Source of the DNA: Octopus bimaculoides
Lineage: Eukaryota
Assembly: GCF_001194135.2 (NCBI RefSeq)
Contig: NC_068984.1
Location: 146,233,829 to 146,297,828 of the forward strand
Reading direction: 5' to 3'
Length of the DNA stretch: 64,000 bases
Part shown: positions 1-10,140 of the stretch, in pieces
How positions within the stretch are numbered: the stretch's first letter is position 1
Layout: each line of letters starts with the position of its first letter
Notes under the pieces: generated by a model
Database searches by the model: none
The model's input: only the letters and a program-made list of their open reading frames with translations
Told to the model about the DNA's origin: nothing
Program-made: the position numbers and the translations under genes

Positions 1-325
1 GGTACAATTCCCTGCTACCACCGTTCTTCCAGTCCTTCCAAGCCTGTTTCTTTTGTCTAATAGCCCTGTCTACCTCCTTGTTCCACCACCACGTTACTCT
101 GGGTTGGGAGGGGACCTTACACCACCCACAAATCTGGTCGGTGGCTTTCAACAGGTTGTCCCGCAGAAATCTCCAATTGTCTTCCACGTTGTATGATGCT
201 ATATCCCCTTCTATTTCGTTAAATGCTTCAAGTAACTTGTCTCTAAGTCTCTGTCCGTTTGCAGGGTCTTTAAGCTTCCACACCCTTCTTCTCCAAGCCT
301 GTCTAATTCTGGGACTTGTGGGAAA
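1..325 (-). mobile_element. RTE-clade LINE ORF2 fragment (endonuclease-RT linker), runs off the left edge
   Basis: Hand translation of the minus strand (no start codon, so absent from the ORF track) is stop-free: RIRQAWRRRVWKLKDPANGQRLRDKLLEAFNEIEGDIASYNVEDNWRFLRDNLLKATDQICGWCKVPSQPRVTWWWNKEVDRAIRQKKQAWKDWKNGGSRELY. The WKLK...TWWWN.EV..AI..KK.AWK.W pattern is characteristic of RTE/BovB-like ORF2. Confidence 0.85.
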
Positions 326-959
326 GAAAGAAAGATATCCTCAACCCAGGGACCACTTAAGAAATTAAAAATTTTTTTGTTTAGACCCAGTCCAGAAAAT
401 TCAGGATACTCCTCAACAGTATAAATCAACTGAGAGATAGCAAAAGTAATTAAATCTGTCAAAACACAAACTCATCAATACTCAGGTAAAAAAAATTCTT
501 TGAAAAGGACTCAAATTCACTACAAAACTTTAATATTGAACCATTCATGCGTGACTTATGTGACAGTCAGAGAAACAGATTATGAAATACCTAAGATGTG
601 AAAATCAAACATTTACAAGAATTGTTATGATTCATTTTTCATAGTAAAGTTTGACTAGGCAGGAACAAATCATTGGATGGTTTCCATAACTATGTAATCA
701 TCTTTCCATATCTGATGAATTCCCGCAGCCAACATTCAAATCAAACACCAACAAAAAGGAATGAAAAATCATGTATGAACTTAAAATAAAAAGATAATAA
801 AATAGTAATTAAAAAAGCAGATAAGGAAAGTGTTGGGGGTTCATTGTGGATTCTGAATACTTCTTTACAAAATTCTACCTATTATGTGAAAGTAAACAAC
901 AAAAATTAAAAATTATGAAGAATCTTGTCAAAGTCACAAACAGCTCATTATTACCATCA

Positions 960-1021
960 CTTCCTTCTGATGATGAGGCTAAGAAGGTCTGAAATATTAA
1001 TGGACTTAATAGACTAGGAAG
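960..1021 (+). ncRNA. Degenerate type I hammerhead-like relic
   Basis: cttcct(960-965)/aggaag(1016-1021) stem I; CTGATGA (967-973); ggct/ggtc stem II; GAAA (991-994); tattaa/ttaata stem III. It needs several substitutions or indels to be canonical (extra TGA, no C after GAAA, GAC instead of GTC). Confidence 0.25.
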
Positions 1022-1124
1022 ACTTTAATTCCAAACTAATCAAACAAATTAAATTTAATAAGGAAATGTGAATATTTTTTTAACAGGAAAAAATTAAACA
1101 GACATGACAGGATGACAGTTGTCC

Positions 1125-1168
<44 letters not shown>

Positions 1169-1194
1169 AACATCATCATCAACCCCTGGACATT

Positions 1195-1438
1195 ACTGTC
1201 TTGAGTCCTTGGACTCATACAGCCTGTTAGCCAGTTTCCATAGAGAAGTGAACAAGATCACATTCTCCCCTGGATGGGATGCCAGCCCACCTCAGGGTGA
1301 TCCATTTACAGCTGAGTGGACTGGAGTAATGTGAAATGAAGCGTTTTGCTCAAGAACACAACACACCACCCAGTCCAGGAATTGAAACCACAATCTTGCG
1401 ATTGTGAGGGCAACATCCTAGCCACTAGGCTACACACC
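1195..1438 (-). mobile_element. tRNA-derived SINE with Meta-domain-like core
   Basis: Minus strand: A-box gtgtagcctagtgg, B-box-like ggtttcaattcc, ttgtgttcttgagcaa, then ctccagtccactcagctgtaaatgg (resembles the MetaSINE conserved domain) and tggcatcccatccagggg. Confidence 0.7.
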
Positions 1439-1865
1439 TTCACCGTGTGTGTATGCATGCACGGTAATCAACAATTTGAAAACTAAATTACATCTCAAAT
1501 GGATGACATTCAAATACAAGTTTTGTATATTCAGTCGGAGTATACAGCAATGTTTGATGAACCTATTCAAAGAATGTATTTGAGGGATGGGACCTCAGGG
1601 AAACCTTCTAAGGGCAGAATTTAAGAAATGGGAATGAGGCACAGTAACTGAAACCAGCTCAAGGTGACTATGATGTAAGTGGAACCCTTCCACAGACGAA
1701 AATGACTCATTCAGTCCTCACTAGCCCCACTCAGGTGATGTGTACATGCCAAGGTTGCTGTAACATTGAGGTAGATCCGGCCACCCCCGTTAATGGGGAT
1801 AAAACTGATTTAAAGCACTGGATGATGATGATGATGATGATGAAAGAAAAGATTCTCAAACTTAC

Positions 1866-1998
1866 CTGGCTGGAACAGCAGGAATATAGTCAAAAGAAGT
1901 AATGATAGATCACTACAGCTGTAGCGAACACAGCAGCTGTGAAGGACGGTTTTCTTCCGACTGCGATGATAACAGGACATCGTCGGATGTCGCCACAT
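1866..1998 (-). CDS. First coding exon of an unidentified secreted/membrane protein gene (continues left)
   Basis: ATG at 1998 gives MWRHPTMSCYHRSRKKTVLHSCCVRYSCSDLSLLLLTIFLLFQP+G. It ends at a consensus donor CAG/CCAG|GTAAGT (intron starts 1865), 133 nt, phase 1. A hydrophobic stretch followed by a phase-1 intron is typical of signal-peptide exons, and the exon lies in a CpG-retaining zone. Downstream exons were not identified. Confidence 0.55.
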
Positions 1999-2262
1999 TT
2001 TCCTCTCTGGTATAAAATGAAATATCCACTTGTGGTAGGCCGAACAATACAATCAAAAAGAAAAAGAGCCGAAGCGAGATGCAGGAGAAAATCGAAGAAT
2101 GACAAAGTGAGGGGGACAGAGTGATTGAATCAGGAAAAGCAAAACCTTTGTTATGTGAAAGGTGGACGAGTCCAACGAAATCAACGTAAGAAACTGAATA
2201 ATAACATTATTGGTGATTCACAATAATATTAATTCATTTACTGGTCAAGAAGACCAAAGGTC

Positions 2263-2270
2263 ACTTCCGG
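2263..2270 (-). promoter_or_regulatory. ETS/GABP-type motif in the probable promoter of the left gene
   Basis: CCGGAAGT on the minus strand (plus acttccgg), ~265 nt upstream of the ATG at 1998 in CpG-retaining sequence. Confidence 0.4.
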
Positions 2271-2725
2271 GTCCACCTCGATGCATCTAATACTTGGCCC
2301 ATTTAGTCTTCTTTATATACACTTCCTTTGGTTTTATTGTCTGGTGTTACTGCGACTATAGTCTTAGTAATCTACTTCTCTTTATGACAACAATATATTT
2401 ATCTGTGCCGGATCAAAAGAGTTTCCTGTGTTTTTCTTCGGAGTAAACGAGAGAGAAATAGCATTAGTCACGTGTTTGCTGAAAGAGAAGAAGAAAAAAA
2501 GCGAGCGTTAGATAATTGTCACCATTGATGCATATTCATAGACAGGTAGTAAGTATAAAGTGACAGAAAGTTGGGTGGTTTATAAGGTAAGCTATCAATG
2601 AACTGCTTTCACGAACTTTCGACCTAGTTCTAATTCTCAATTGTAACGATCTAAAATGAAAGTGTGGTGATAAAAGAAATACGAAACATGTAACAATACA
2701 AACAAATAGCTACAGTAAAGAATAA

Positions 2726-3293
2726 GGATCTATTTTAAAACGGGGGCCACATTTTTCATTAATGTTTTACGTAGTGTTTTTGGTACCGAAAGACTTTCAA
2801 ACTTCGTATACTTATCTATTTTGTGTTATAGAACAGAAAAATATTTTTGTATTTGAATTTATTTCATGTAAAAAATTGTCTTATTTCGATAATTTCAACC
2901 AATCACTGACAAGTATTCAGTTGTTTACATTTACTCCTTTGGCTGATTAAGCGATGTAAAGCGTATTTAATCTCCATACCTTCGTTTTATTTGCTTTTTT
3001 CATTTTAAATTTGCTTTAACCCTAACCCTAACCCTAGGGTTAGGGTTAGGGTTAATTGTTTCAGAATCGTTTGTTTATGTAGTCGGCACTTAATGTATAT
3101 CGGCTGAATGGACGTCAGTGATTGGTTGAAATTACAGAAATACGACAACTTTAGCATGGAATAACTTATGGATTTCTTTTTTTTTTAAGAAGACTAAGAG
3201 AAAAAGATGCTTTATATGACACATTCTACCAGTGTTCCAAGTTTCAAAGTGTTTCGTTAATGAAAAATGTGGCCCCCGTTTTAAAAAAGATCC
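2726..3293. mobile_element. Non-autonomous DNA transposon (MITE), 568 bp, 37-bp TIRs, 8-bp TSD (Merlin/hAT/MULE-like)
   Basis: Left TIR ggatctattttaaaacgggggccacatttttcattaa (2726-2762) matches the reverse complement of 3257-3293 at 36/37 positions. The direct repeat aagaataa flanks both ends (2718-2725 and 3294-3301). GG termini plus an 8-bp TSD fit Merlin best; the superfamily is inferred. Confidence 0.9.
3016..3055. repeat. Perfect 40-bp palindrome of telomeric hexamers inside the MITE
   Basis: ttaaccctaaccctaaccctagggttagggttagggttaa is identical to its own reverse complement. Confidence 0.95.
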
Positions 3294-3556
3294 AAGAATA
3301 AAATTACATATGTTCACAATTTTCTCTCTCGTGGAAAATAACCTAACATACGGCATTTCTTTAAGGTTTTTACTGTATTAAATATTACTGATGCAGACTA
3401 TTAATTCCCTTTAAATCATCAAGTATCCTGCTAGAAAGTTAACCACTGGATTACACAGAATTCATTAATCTACTTCCAGGAACAAATGACTGCCGCACAA
3501 TCTTTCAACATAACCTTAAAAGAAATCTAATTCTTCCATAGATATGAGAGATAACC

Positions 3557-3775
3557 CATCATCATTTTAACGTCTACTTTTCCATGCTTGCATGGGTCAG
3601 ATGAAGTTTATTACAGGAAGTTTTCTGTGGCTCGATGCCCTCCCTGTAGCCAACCTTCACCTATTTCCAAGCAAGGTAATATTTCCCCTCCATGGCCACA
3701 TATGTTTCAGGATCTCAAAACCCACAGAGTTGTTAAACAAACATTTCAACCACACAGCCACGCCCTGCACCTGTG
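3557..3775 (-). mobile_element. SINE (family with ...ggaagggcatcc...gttaaaatgatgat tail)
   Basis: Reverse complement of the tail family seen at 6245-6560, 48155-48545 and 62363-62760. Confidence 0.75.
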
Positions 3776-4555
3776 AAGGTTTTTTGGGTTTTTTTCCCCT
3801 AATATCAATCAAAGAAAAAAACTTTACAACAGGTGGGGGCTGATGTGGATGTTGTTGAGTCCACTTTGAACTTCAATAGATTTGTTGTTTGACGAGGGAA
3901 ATGCAAACAGGATATAAAATAAGGAGAAGGTGAGAGTGACAAAACAGTATTTAGTCGGAGGTTTGTAATAGAAACTTAGCAGAGTGGCACAAAGAAAATG
4001 AAACAAACTGAGTGAGGCTGGAGTGAGGTAATTTGGGAAATTCAGTGTAGCACAGAGAATTTTGGTGGCGGCACAAATGATTGAGACGCTGAATAGTCAG
4101 AATGTGATAAGTCTTTCCGCATTGTGAACATTTGGGAAGGATAAAAACTGCAGCAATTATTCACAGCTGCCGTACTCTTCAAGCTCTCTAGTGAAATCAC
4201 AGCCAATAGACTACAATAGATTGGGAGATGTTCATGCCTTTCTCAATTCAAGACAAAAGTTTAAATGAAATTCCTTGCATGAGCAGAATGCCACGATTCA
4301 GAAGCTAGTACAAGGCTGGACTACATATCCGTGAGCTTTTTCAAGGATACAGAATCGAAATTGGTTACCGGGGAGCTACTAACATTACACAGGAGCGCTA
4401 GCTTTAGTATAAATACGTTAAAAAGTAGCACAGCGGAATAAGTTGGATGTGGAGCCATAGTAACCATGTTGTTGTTTCTGTATCTGACTTGGAAAGGCAA
4501 CAACATACTTGTCTCTGGTGAAAGGGGATCTATTCTATATAGAATGCAACACATG

Positions 4556-4558
<3 letters not shown>

Positions 4559-4607
<49 letters not shown>
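4559..4607. repeat. (TA)n microsatellite
   Basis: Uninterrupted TA run; one of many TA, CA, GAT and TATC microsatellites in the window. Confidence 0.95.
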
Positions 4608-4611
<4 letters not shown>

Positions 4612-4766
4612 TTCGATTAGAGGTTGTGTTAACCTCATGAAGGGATGGTTTCATCCAATGAAATACTGGTTCAATGCCTAGTATTTTGGAGAATTAATTT
4701 CCTTAAAATAATAGGTAAACATATAAAAAACATGGTTTATATTCATATAAAAGAAAATGGAAATTA

Positions 4767-4997
4767 GGAAGTTAATAATTGTTTATTATTAACAACAAAT
4801 TAATCATCGTCCCTTACAGCTGTTTCAATACTCGGTAAAAATTAAGTAAATACTATAAAACATCCAAGGTATCTTTTTTCCCCTCTGAAGATATTATGCT
4901 CAGGTCATATAAATTTAATATTTAATGAGTGTTAATTGAAACAGCTGTAAGGGATGATGATCGAGTTGCTGTTAATAATAAACAACTATTAACTTCC
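4767..4997. mobile_element. Foldback element, probably inverted Penelope-like pseudo-LTR ends
   Basis: 4767-4829 (ggaagttaataattgtttattattaacaac...cccttacagctgtttcaat) is an imperfect inverted copy of 4935-4997. Both arms carry GAAACAGCTGTAAGGG, and the right arm completes a hammerhead-like motif. Inverted termini with hammerheads are a known PLE feature; the assignment is inferred. Confidence 0.6.
4881..4953 (+). ncRNA. Minimal type I hammerhead-ribozyme-like motif
   Basis: ccct(4881-84)-CTGAAGA(4885-91)-stem II of ~10 bp (attatgctca/tgagtgttaat with one bulge)-GAAAC(4938-42)-palindromic AGCT loop-GTA(4947-49)-aggg(4950-53). The stem II closing pair is U:U rather than G:C. Confidence 0.55.
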
Positions 4998-5022
4998 CCA
5001 TCTCTATTTTCTTTTTCTTTTA

Positions 5023-5060
<38 letters not shown>

Positions 5061-5384
5061 AATCATCATCATCATATGTATTAAGAAAAAGGAGGCAGTC
5101 AAAATTTTGGATAATTCTTTATTAATGCTTTCATTCATTTAACTGAATCAAAATAAATATATTTTGATTCAATTCTTCTTGAGTTCAGTTAAATGAACAA
5201 AAGTGCTAATAAAGAATTATCTAAAATTCTGACTGTCCCCTTTTCGATAATATACAATACCTGTACACCACTTCAAACACTATACATACATAAACACACA
5301 CATATATATGATGACTTGCAAGACACCTGCTCCTCCATTCTATACCCCACTCAGTTGAGGGGGGTGTTGTGGGTACTTGCTGAC

Positions 5385-5578
5385 CTCACTGGTACTGGGG
5401 CCATGCAAAGAGTACTCACTACACTCTGTACAGAGGTTGGTATTAGGAAGTGCATCCAGCCATAGAAACCTTACCAAAGCAGACACCAAAACTGATGCAG
5501 CCCTGAGGCTCATCTGTTCTTGTTGAACCGTCCAACCCATGCCAGCACAGAAAAGGGGATGTTAAAGGATGATGATGG
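5385..5578 (+). mobile_element. 5'-truncated RTE-type LINE 3' end with (GAT)n tail
   Basis: cactacactctg...ggtattaggaagtgcatccagccatagaaacc...ccaacccatgccagca...gttaaaggatgatgatg; same family as 16900-17519. Confidence 0.75.
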
Positions 5579-5716
5579 AAATTACTTGCATATTTCTTGA
5601 TAAGTTCCAATAGATTTGAATGTCAAAATGAAAATTGTTTCAGCACAGGAGAAAAAAACAGTCCATTACAACAAATGTATGCCCCTAACACACTATTCGT
5701 TAATTCTGAAACAAGA

Positions 5717-5771
5717 GATCCTGAGACACCTGATGTTTCAACATCAGTGTGTCTCATCAGCCAAAGGGATC
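5717..5771 (-). ncRNA. Type I hammerhead ribozyme candidate with intact catalytic core
   Basis: Minus strand: gatccctttgg-CTGATGA-gaca cactga tgtt-GAAAC-atcaggt-GTC-tcaggatc. Stem I is 3 bp + 3-nt bulge + 5 bp, stem II is 4 bp (G:U closing), stem III is 3-4 bp. Predicted cut after C5725. Confidence 0.6.
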
Positions 5772-5934
5772 CGAGACTAATGAGTTTAAAGCTCTTGTAT
5801 GTAACTTCAGCAAACAAACTGTTCACTGATGTGTGCAGATATCTACCAACTGGTACTAAATTATCATAAGCATATAAATGTGTGTGTGTATGAAAATATA
5901 TATATATATATGTATATAAAAGCACCTTTAGAGC

Positions 5935-6185
5935 ATTGTCGATGCCAGTGGCATGTAAAAAACACCATTCAAGCGTGAGCGTTGCCAGTGCCACTTGACT
6001 GGCCCTCATGCTGGTGGCATGTAAAAAGCACCACTACACTGTCGGAGTGGTTGGCGTTAGGAAAGGCATCCAGCTGTAGAAACTTTGCCAGATCAGATTG
6101 GAGCCTGGTGTAGCCTTCTGGCTTGCCAGCCCTCGGTCAAACCGTCCAACCCATGCCAGCATGGAAAGTGGACATTAAATGATGA
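5935..6185 (+). mobile_element. RTE-type LINE 3' UTR copy
   Basis: Two gtggcatgtaaaaa(g)cacc subunits, then gagtggttggcgttaggaaaggcatccagctgtagaaac and a gacattaaatgatgat tail. Confidence 0.85.
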
Positions 6186-6244
6186 TATATATATATGCAT
6201 ATATACACATGTATGCATATGTATACATGCTCATACATGTGCAT

Positions 6245-6560
6245 GTGTGGCTGTGAGGTAAGAAGTTTGCTTCCCAAACAACATGGTTCCAGGTTCACTC
6301 CCACTTCAGCAAATATCTTCTACTATAGCACTGGGCTGACCTTGTGAGTGGATCAGGGGGAAGGATGTGTGTGTGTGTGTGTGTGTTCCTGGTCTTCCTG
6401 CCTTGACATCATGAGATTGTTATAAATGAGTGTCACTGTAATACAAGCAGTTCCCTTCATTATAAAACTTCTGTAAAAACAGGTAAGGGTTGGCAACTGG
6501 AAGAGCATCTAGCCATTGAAAATCCACCTGACCAACATGGATGTTAAAATGACGATGATG
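6245..6560 (+). mobile_element. tRNA-headed SINE with internal (GT)n and gat tail
   Basis: gtggctgtgaggtaagaagtttgcttccca...ggttcactccca head, conserved ctactatagc...ttgtgagtggat core, and gggttggcaactggaagagcatc...gttaaaatgacgatgatg tail. Confidence 0.75.
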
Positions 6561-7744
6561 TGTGTGTGTATGTATGTAACCAATGACTGGCATAGTAGTA
6601 TCATTGTAAACGGTTACAAGGCAATGCCTTAGAGAGAAGAGATTCTGAGCAAATCAAACTACTGGATCATTAGGCAACGCTGGCAACAATCATGCTCAAA
6701 TGGTGCTTTTCACGTGTCACCAGCATGGGAGCCAATCCGCGGCCCTGGCAACGATCACACTCGGATGTGCTTTTAACGTTCCACTGGCACAAGTGCCAAT
6801 CAGGCAGTACTGTCATTGGTCATGTCAGCGATTTTGATTTGTTTACATTTGCCTCAATAGATCTTTGCAAGCAAAGTTCATTGTCCAATGAATAAAGGGT
6901 ACTCATAAATGGGGATGATTGGTAATATTAAGTTCTGAAGAAGGCCTGCAAAAATTGGTGAAATTAAGCTTTGGAAGCACAATGTGTGTGTGTGTGTGTG
7001 TGTGTGTGCACGCACAGCTGATCTCCTTGTCCAATTCCTACCCCAAGGGACCTCACCACTTATCTTTCCAACTGCAGTGTTTCTTTGATTCCATTTATTT
7101 TCCTCATTGCCTGGAACCATTTCACTTGATATCCATCCATTACCCTTGTACTATCCTCTCCACCCACATTTTCACATTGATCCCCCCCCCCTTCCCACCA
7201 AACTATTTCTCCTTCTCCACCAATATATGTCTCACTTTCCCCATGCATTACGCCTGCCTCTTTCCACAAACACTGGCAAGCTACCCAACCATACATCTCT
7301 CTCTCACAACTCCCACCTCGTTAACTTCACCCACCCTTTCTTCTAAAATGTTAGTCACCATGTAGCTCCTTTACAGCAAGAAGCCTATTCTGCCTGGCCC
7401 CTCATCTTCTAGTGAAAAGCCACTTATCTTGGGACTTGTAGTCCTGCAAGCTGCAGGGTGACTTCACTTGTGCAGCTGGCATGAAAAACAGTCATCCAAG
7501 CTGTAAAGCAGTGTCTTCATTCCCAATCTTTTGTGAAAACATGTCCAACCACAAGGAAATATTACCTTGCTTGGAAACAGGTGAGGGTTGGCGACCAGAA
7601 ACGAATCCAACTGATGAAAATTGCCCTCAACGAACTCCATCTGGTTCATGCAAGCATGGTAAAGTTGACGTTAAAACGATTTTATACATACGTGTCTGTG
7701 TGTGTAGCGCTTGAAGTGATGTATATATATACATACATACACAT

Positions 7745-7746
<2 letters not shown>

Positions 7747-7796
<50 letters not shown>
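7747..7796. repeat. (GT)n microsatellite
   Basis: Uninterrupted GT run; the source of several spurious VC/TH-repeat ORFs. Confidence 0.95.
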
Positions 7797-7799
<3 letters not shown>

Positions 7800-9825
7800 C
7801 TTTCGAGGGAACGTGAAATAATCTGTTTTTTGAACAGTGGAAACTCGAAGCACATAAAGCTACAAATAATAACATGTACATATTGGGTGGAAAAACTCTT
7901 TTCGATAAAAAAAAAAAAAGAGTCAAGTCAAAAGCTGATCGTGGAACACGAACCCACATCCCCTTTGACTTAATGGTTTTTTCAATCCAATATTTACTCG
8001 CTATTATTTGTAGTTTTATATAATCTTCGATCATTGACGTAAATATAGCAACCAAATCTCCCTCAAAGAACACTATTCCCAACATATAACTTTAAACAAT
8101 GCCACACTTTGAATGGCAACTCTACGACTGCAATGGACAGAGCACAACAACAACAACAACAACGCTAACGTCAAAGAATGTCATTTTAACCGCCACAACA
8201 ACGCAAACACTTAAATTCATTGCAACAAATATTAAGACGTTGGTTCGATCTGCAAGAAATAACAACCAAATTCTCCTCAAACACACTTAATACTAATAAA
8301 AGTTAAAAAAAAAAGAAGGAAAGAAAGGCAATGCAGTCCTAGATAAACAAAACGACGAGGTAGTTCACGGATGGAACGTCTTTGTACATAGGTGTGCGCA
8401 ATCGGTGCTGACCTGTGGCTAAACAATAAGATTATAACAGATATGAGAGAAGTAAAAATTTAAATGTCATTAAAAAAATGAGCAACACACAATGTGAAAT
8501 CATTGATAGCAGCGTGTCCCACAACAAGGATGGGTTCGAACTTCACTGAATATCGAATGTTCCGTGTCACAAGATCAATTAAAGTGGGCAATAGCGAGGG
8601 TTAATCGAATAGCAAATCATGATTTTTTTATATTGACAAATTAATAGCCATATGTTACGGGTGAAGAAGAATATATATATTTTTATTTTTTGACTATGTC
8701 CAAAGGCTTTAATGTTTGAAGCGAGAAAAAATGTGATGTTGTGACATCCATACCTTTACTCGAAAGAATTAAGATAAATGAAGTGAATCTGCTTCGACTA
8801 GAAACTGAAACCTGTAGTTTTATTCACCCTGTCTGTATACAGGTAGGGAGCTTACCTGTTGCTCTACTGCATTAATCATGTCATCTTAATATATACACAC
8901 ACACACGCCCAGAAAAAAAAAATGCTGTTCATGTATTATTCATCCGAGGTTCTCGAGTGACAACCAAATTATTAGAAAAGGTATCCATCAATGGTGATTA
9001 ACTTGTTGTTCAGGTTTTGCTTGGTTCTGTGTAATAATGGCAACCGGGTGCGCAACCTTCAGCACTTAATATTTTATGGAAATTAAAAGCACAACACCAA
9101 AAACAGTAGCATACGCCCGAGTTTCTTACATAGTTATAAGGTTTCTGTCTGGCTTTATAGGAACGTGTGAAACTATTTCAGGTCCCTGCCTGTTTCCGAA
9201 ATCGGATTCACAGACGACACTGCCCACTACCAGCTTATTAGTCATTCTGTACTCGACATGTTACATTGAACAGAGCAACAACCATTAAGAACACGAGTTA
9301 GCAAATTCCTGGGAAACGGCAAAAATAAGGTTTCATATTACAAGGTGAAGGAAAAATGAGTAGTGTAGGCATTACTGACGTTCTTAAAAGTCAACCCCAA
9401 CCTGGAATCGAAACAGAGTCTGCGACTCTGAGTTAAAACCCATACGATTCCAGCAATGCAAAAGCTTAAAAATCAAAACATACGCTGGTTTCCATCGACT
9501 CCAAAGTCAATGATGTTTACATGTTCACCATTTACAATATAGGAAGGAATACAAAAGACGGAAATGACAAATAAAAAGGAAGAGAAGATTAAGTTAATGT
9601 CACTTTCTCACATCTCATGTACTTATCACCATGTTTTGGGGCTGTCCAAGTTGTTGGAGCCGGTTTATAGAGAGGAAAGCCCCGTCTCCCGGCAACAGAT
9701 TAACTGAAATGAGCTTTTATAACGATGATGGTGCTTCTGTAGAATTGACACAGCGTTTATTGTTATTTTATTATTCTGTTGTCTTTGTCTGGTTTTGTTT
9801 CTCATTGCTTAACAAAGGTGTGGAC

Positions 9826-9860
<35 letters not shown>

Positions 9861-10140
9861 TCTATTATTAGCGATGGAAGCAGCAAGAGTTCGAAATTAG
9901 TTATCTGTATACATACTTAGAGCGTGGATACTATTCAAAGCTTTCCAAACTGCGGTATTCATCTTGAGAAAGCATCTTATGGCCGTGTGTGTGTGTCGTG
10001 ATATGTATATACATATATATAGGGAAAAGTTTCGTTATATATAAACACTCGATACTCTGGTAGAGATTAATAACATTTCTATTTTGGTCGAATCAGTCGT
10101 CTGTATGAGCGTGTAAACTCCATCATTACTATAATCAGAA

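Noticed and set aside
340-456. Possible exon 2 of the left gene (ttttgacag| then DLITFAISQLIYTVEEYPEFSGLG..., phase-compatible)
   Set aside because: No convincing donor before the frame runs into the RTE fragment and no recognisable domain; the faint protocadherin-EC1 resemblance is too short.
3016-3055. Telomere-fusion scar
   Set aside because: The orientation is CCCTAA followed by TTAGGG, opposite to an end-to-end fusion, and the sequence lies inside a TIR/TSD-bounded MITE.
5597-6009. Overlapping 90-aa and 128-aa ORFs
   Set aside because: They span an RTE UTR, microsatellite and the hairpin/hammerhead region; no domain and no splice support.
6919-7365. 148-aa ORF or LINE fragment
   Set aside because: Contains microsatellite-derived VC repeats and C-rich low complexity; no RT/endonuclease motif found in six frames.
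9076-9288. ORF containing KTVAYARVS, like an IS607/serine-recombinase motif
   Set aside because: The similarity stops after nine residues (no S.DQ...L.RQ continuation) and there is no bacterial context; likely coincidence.
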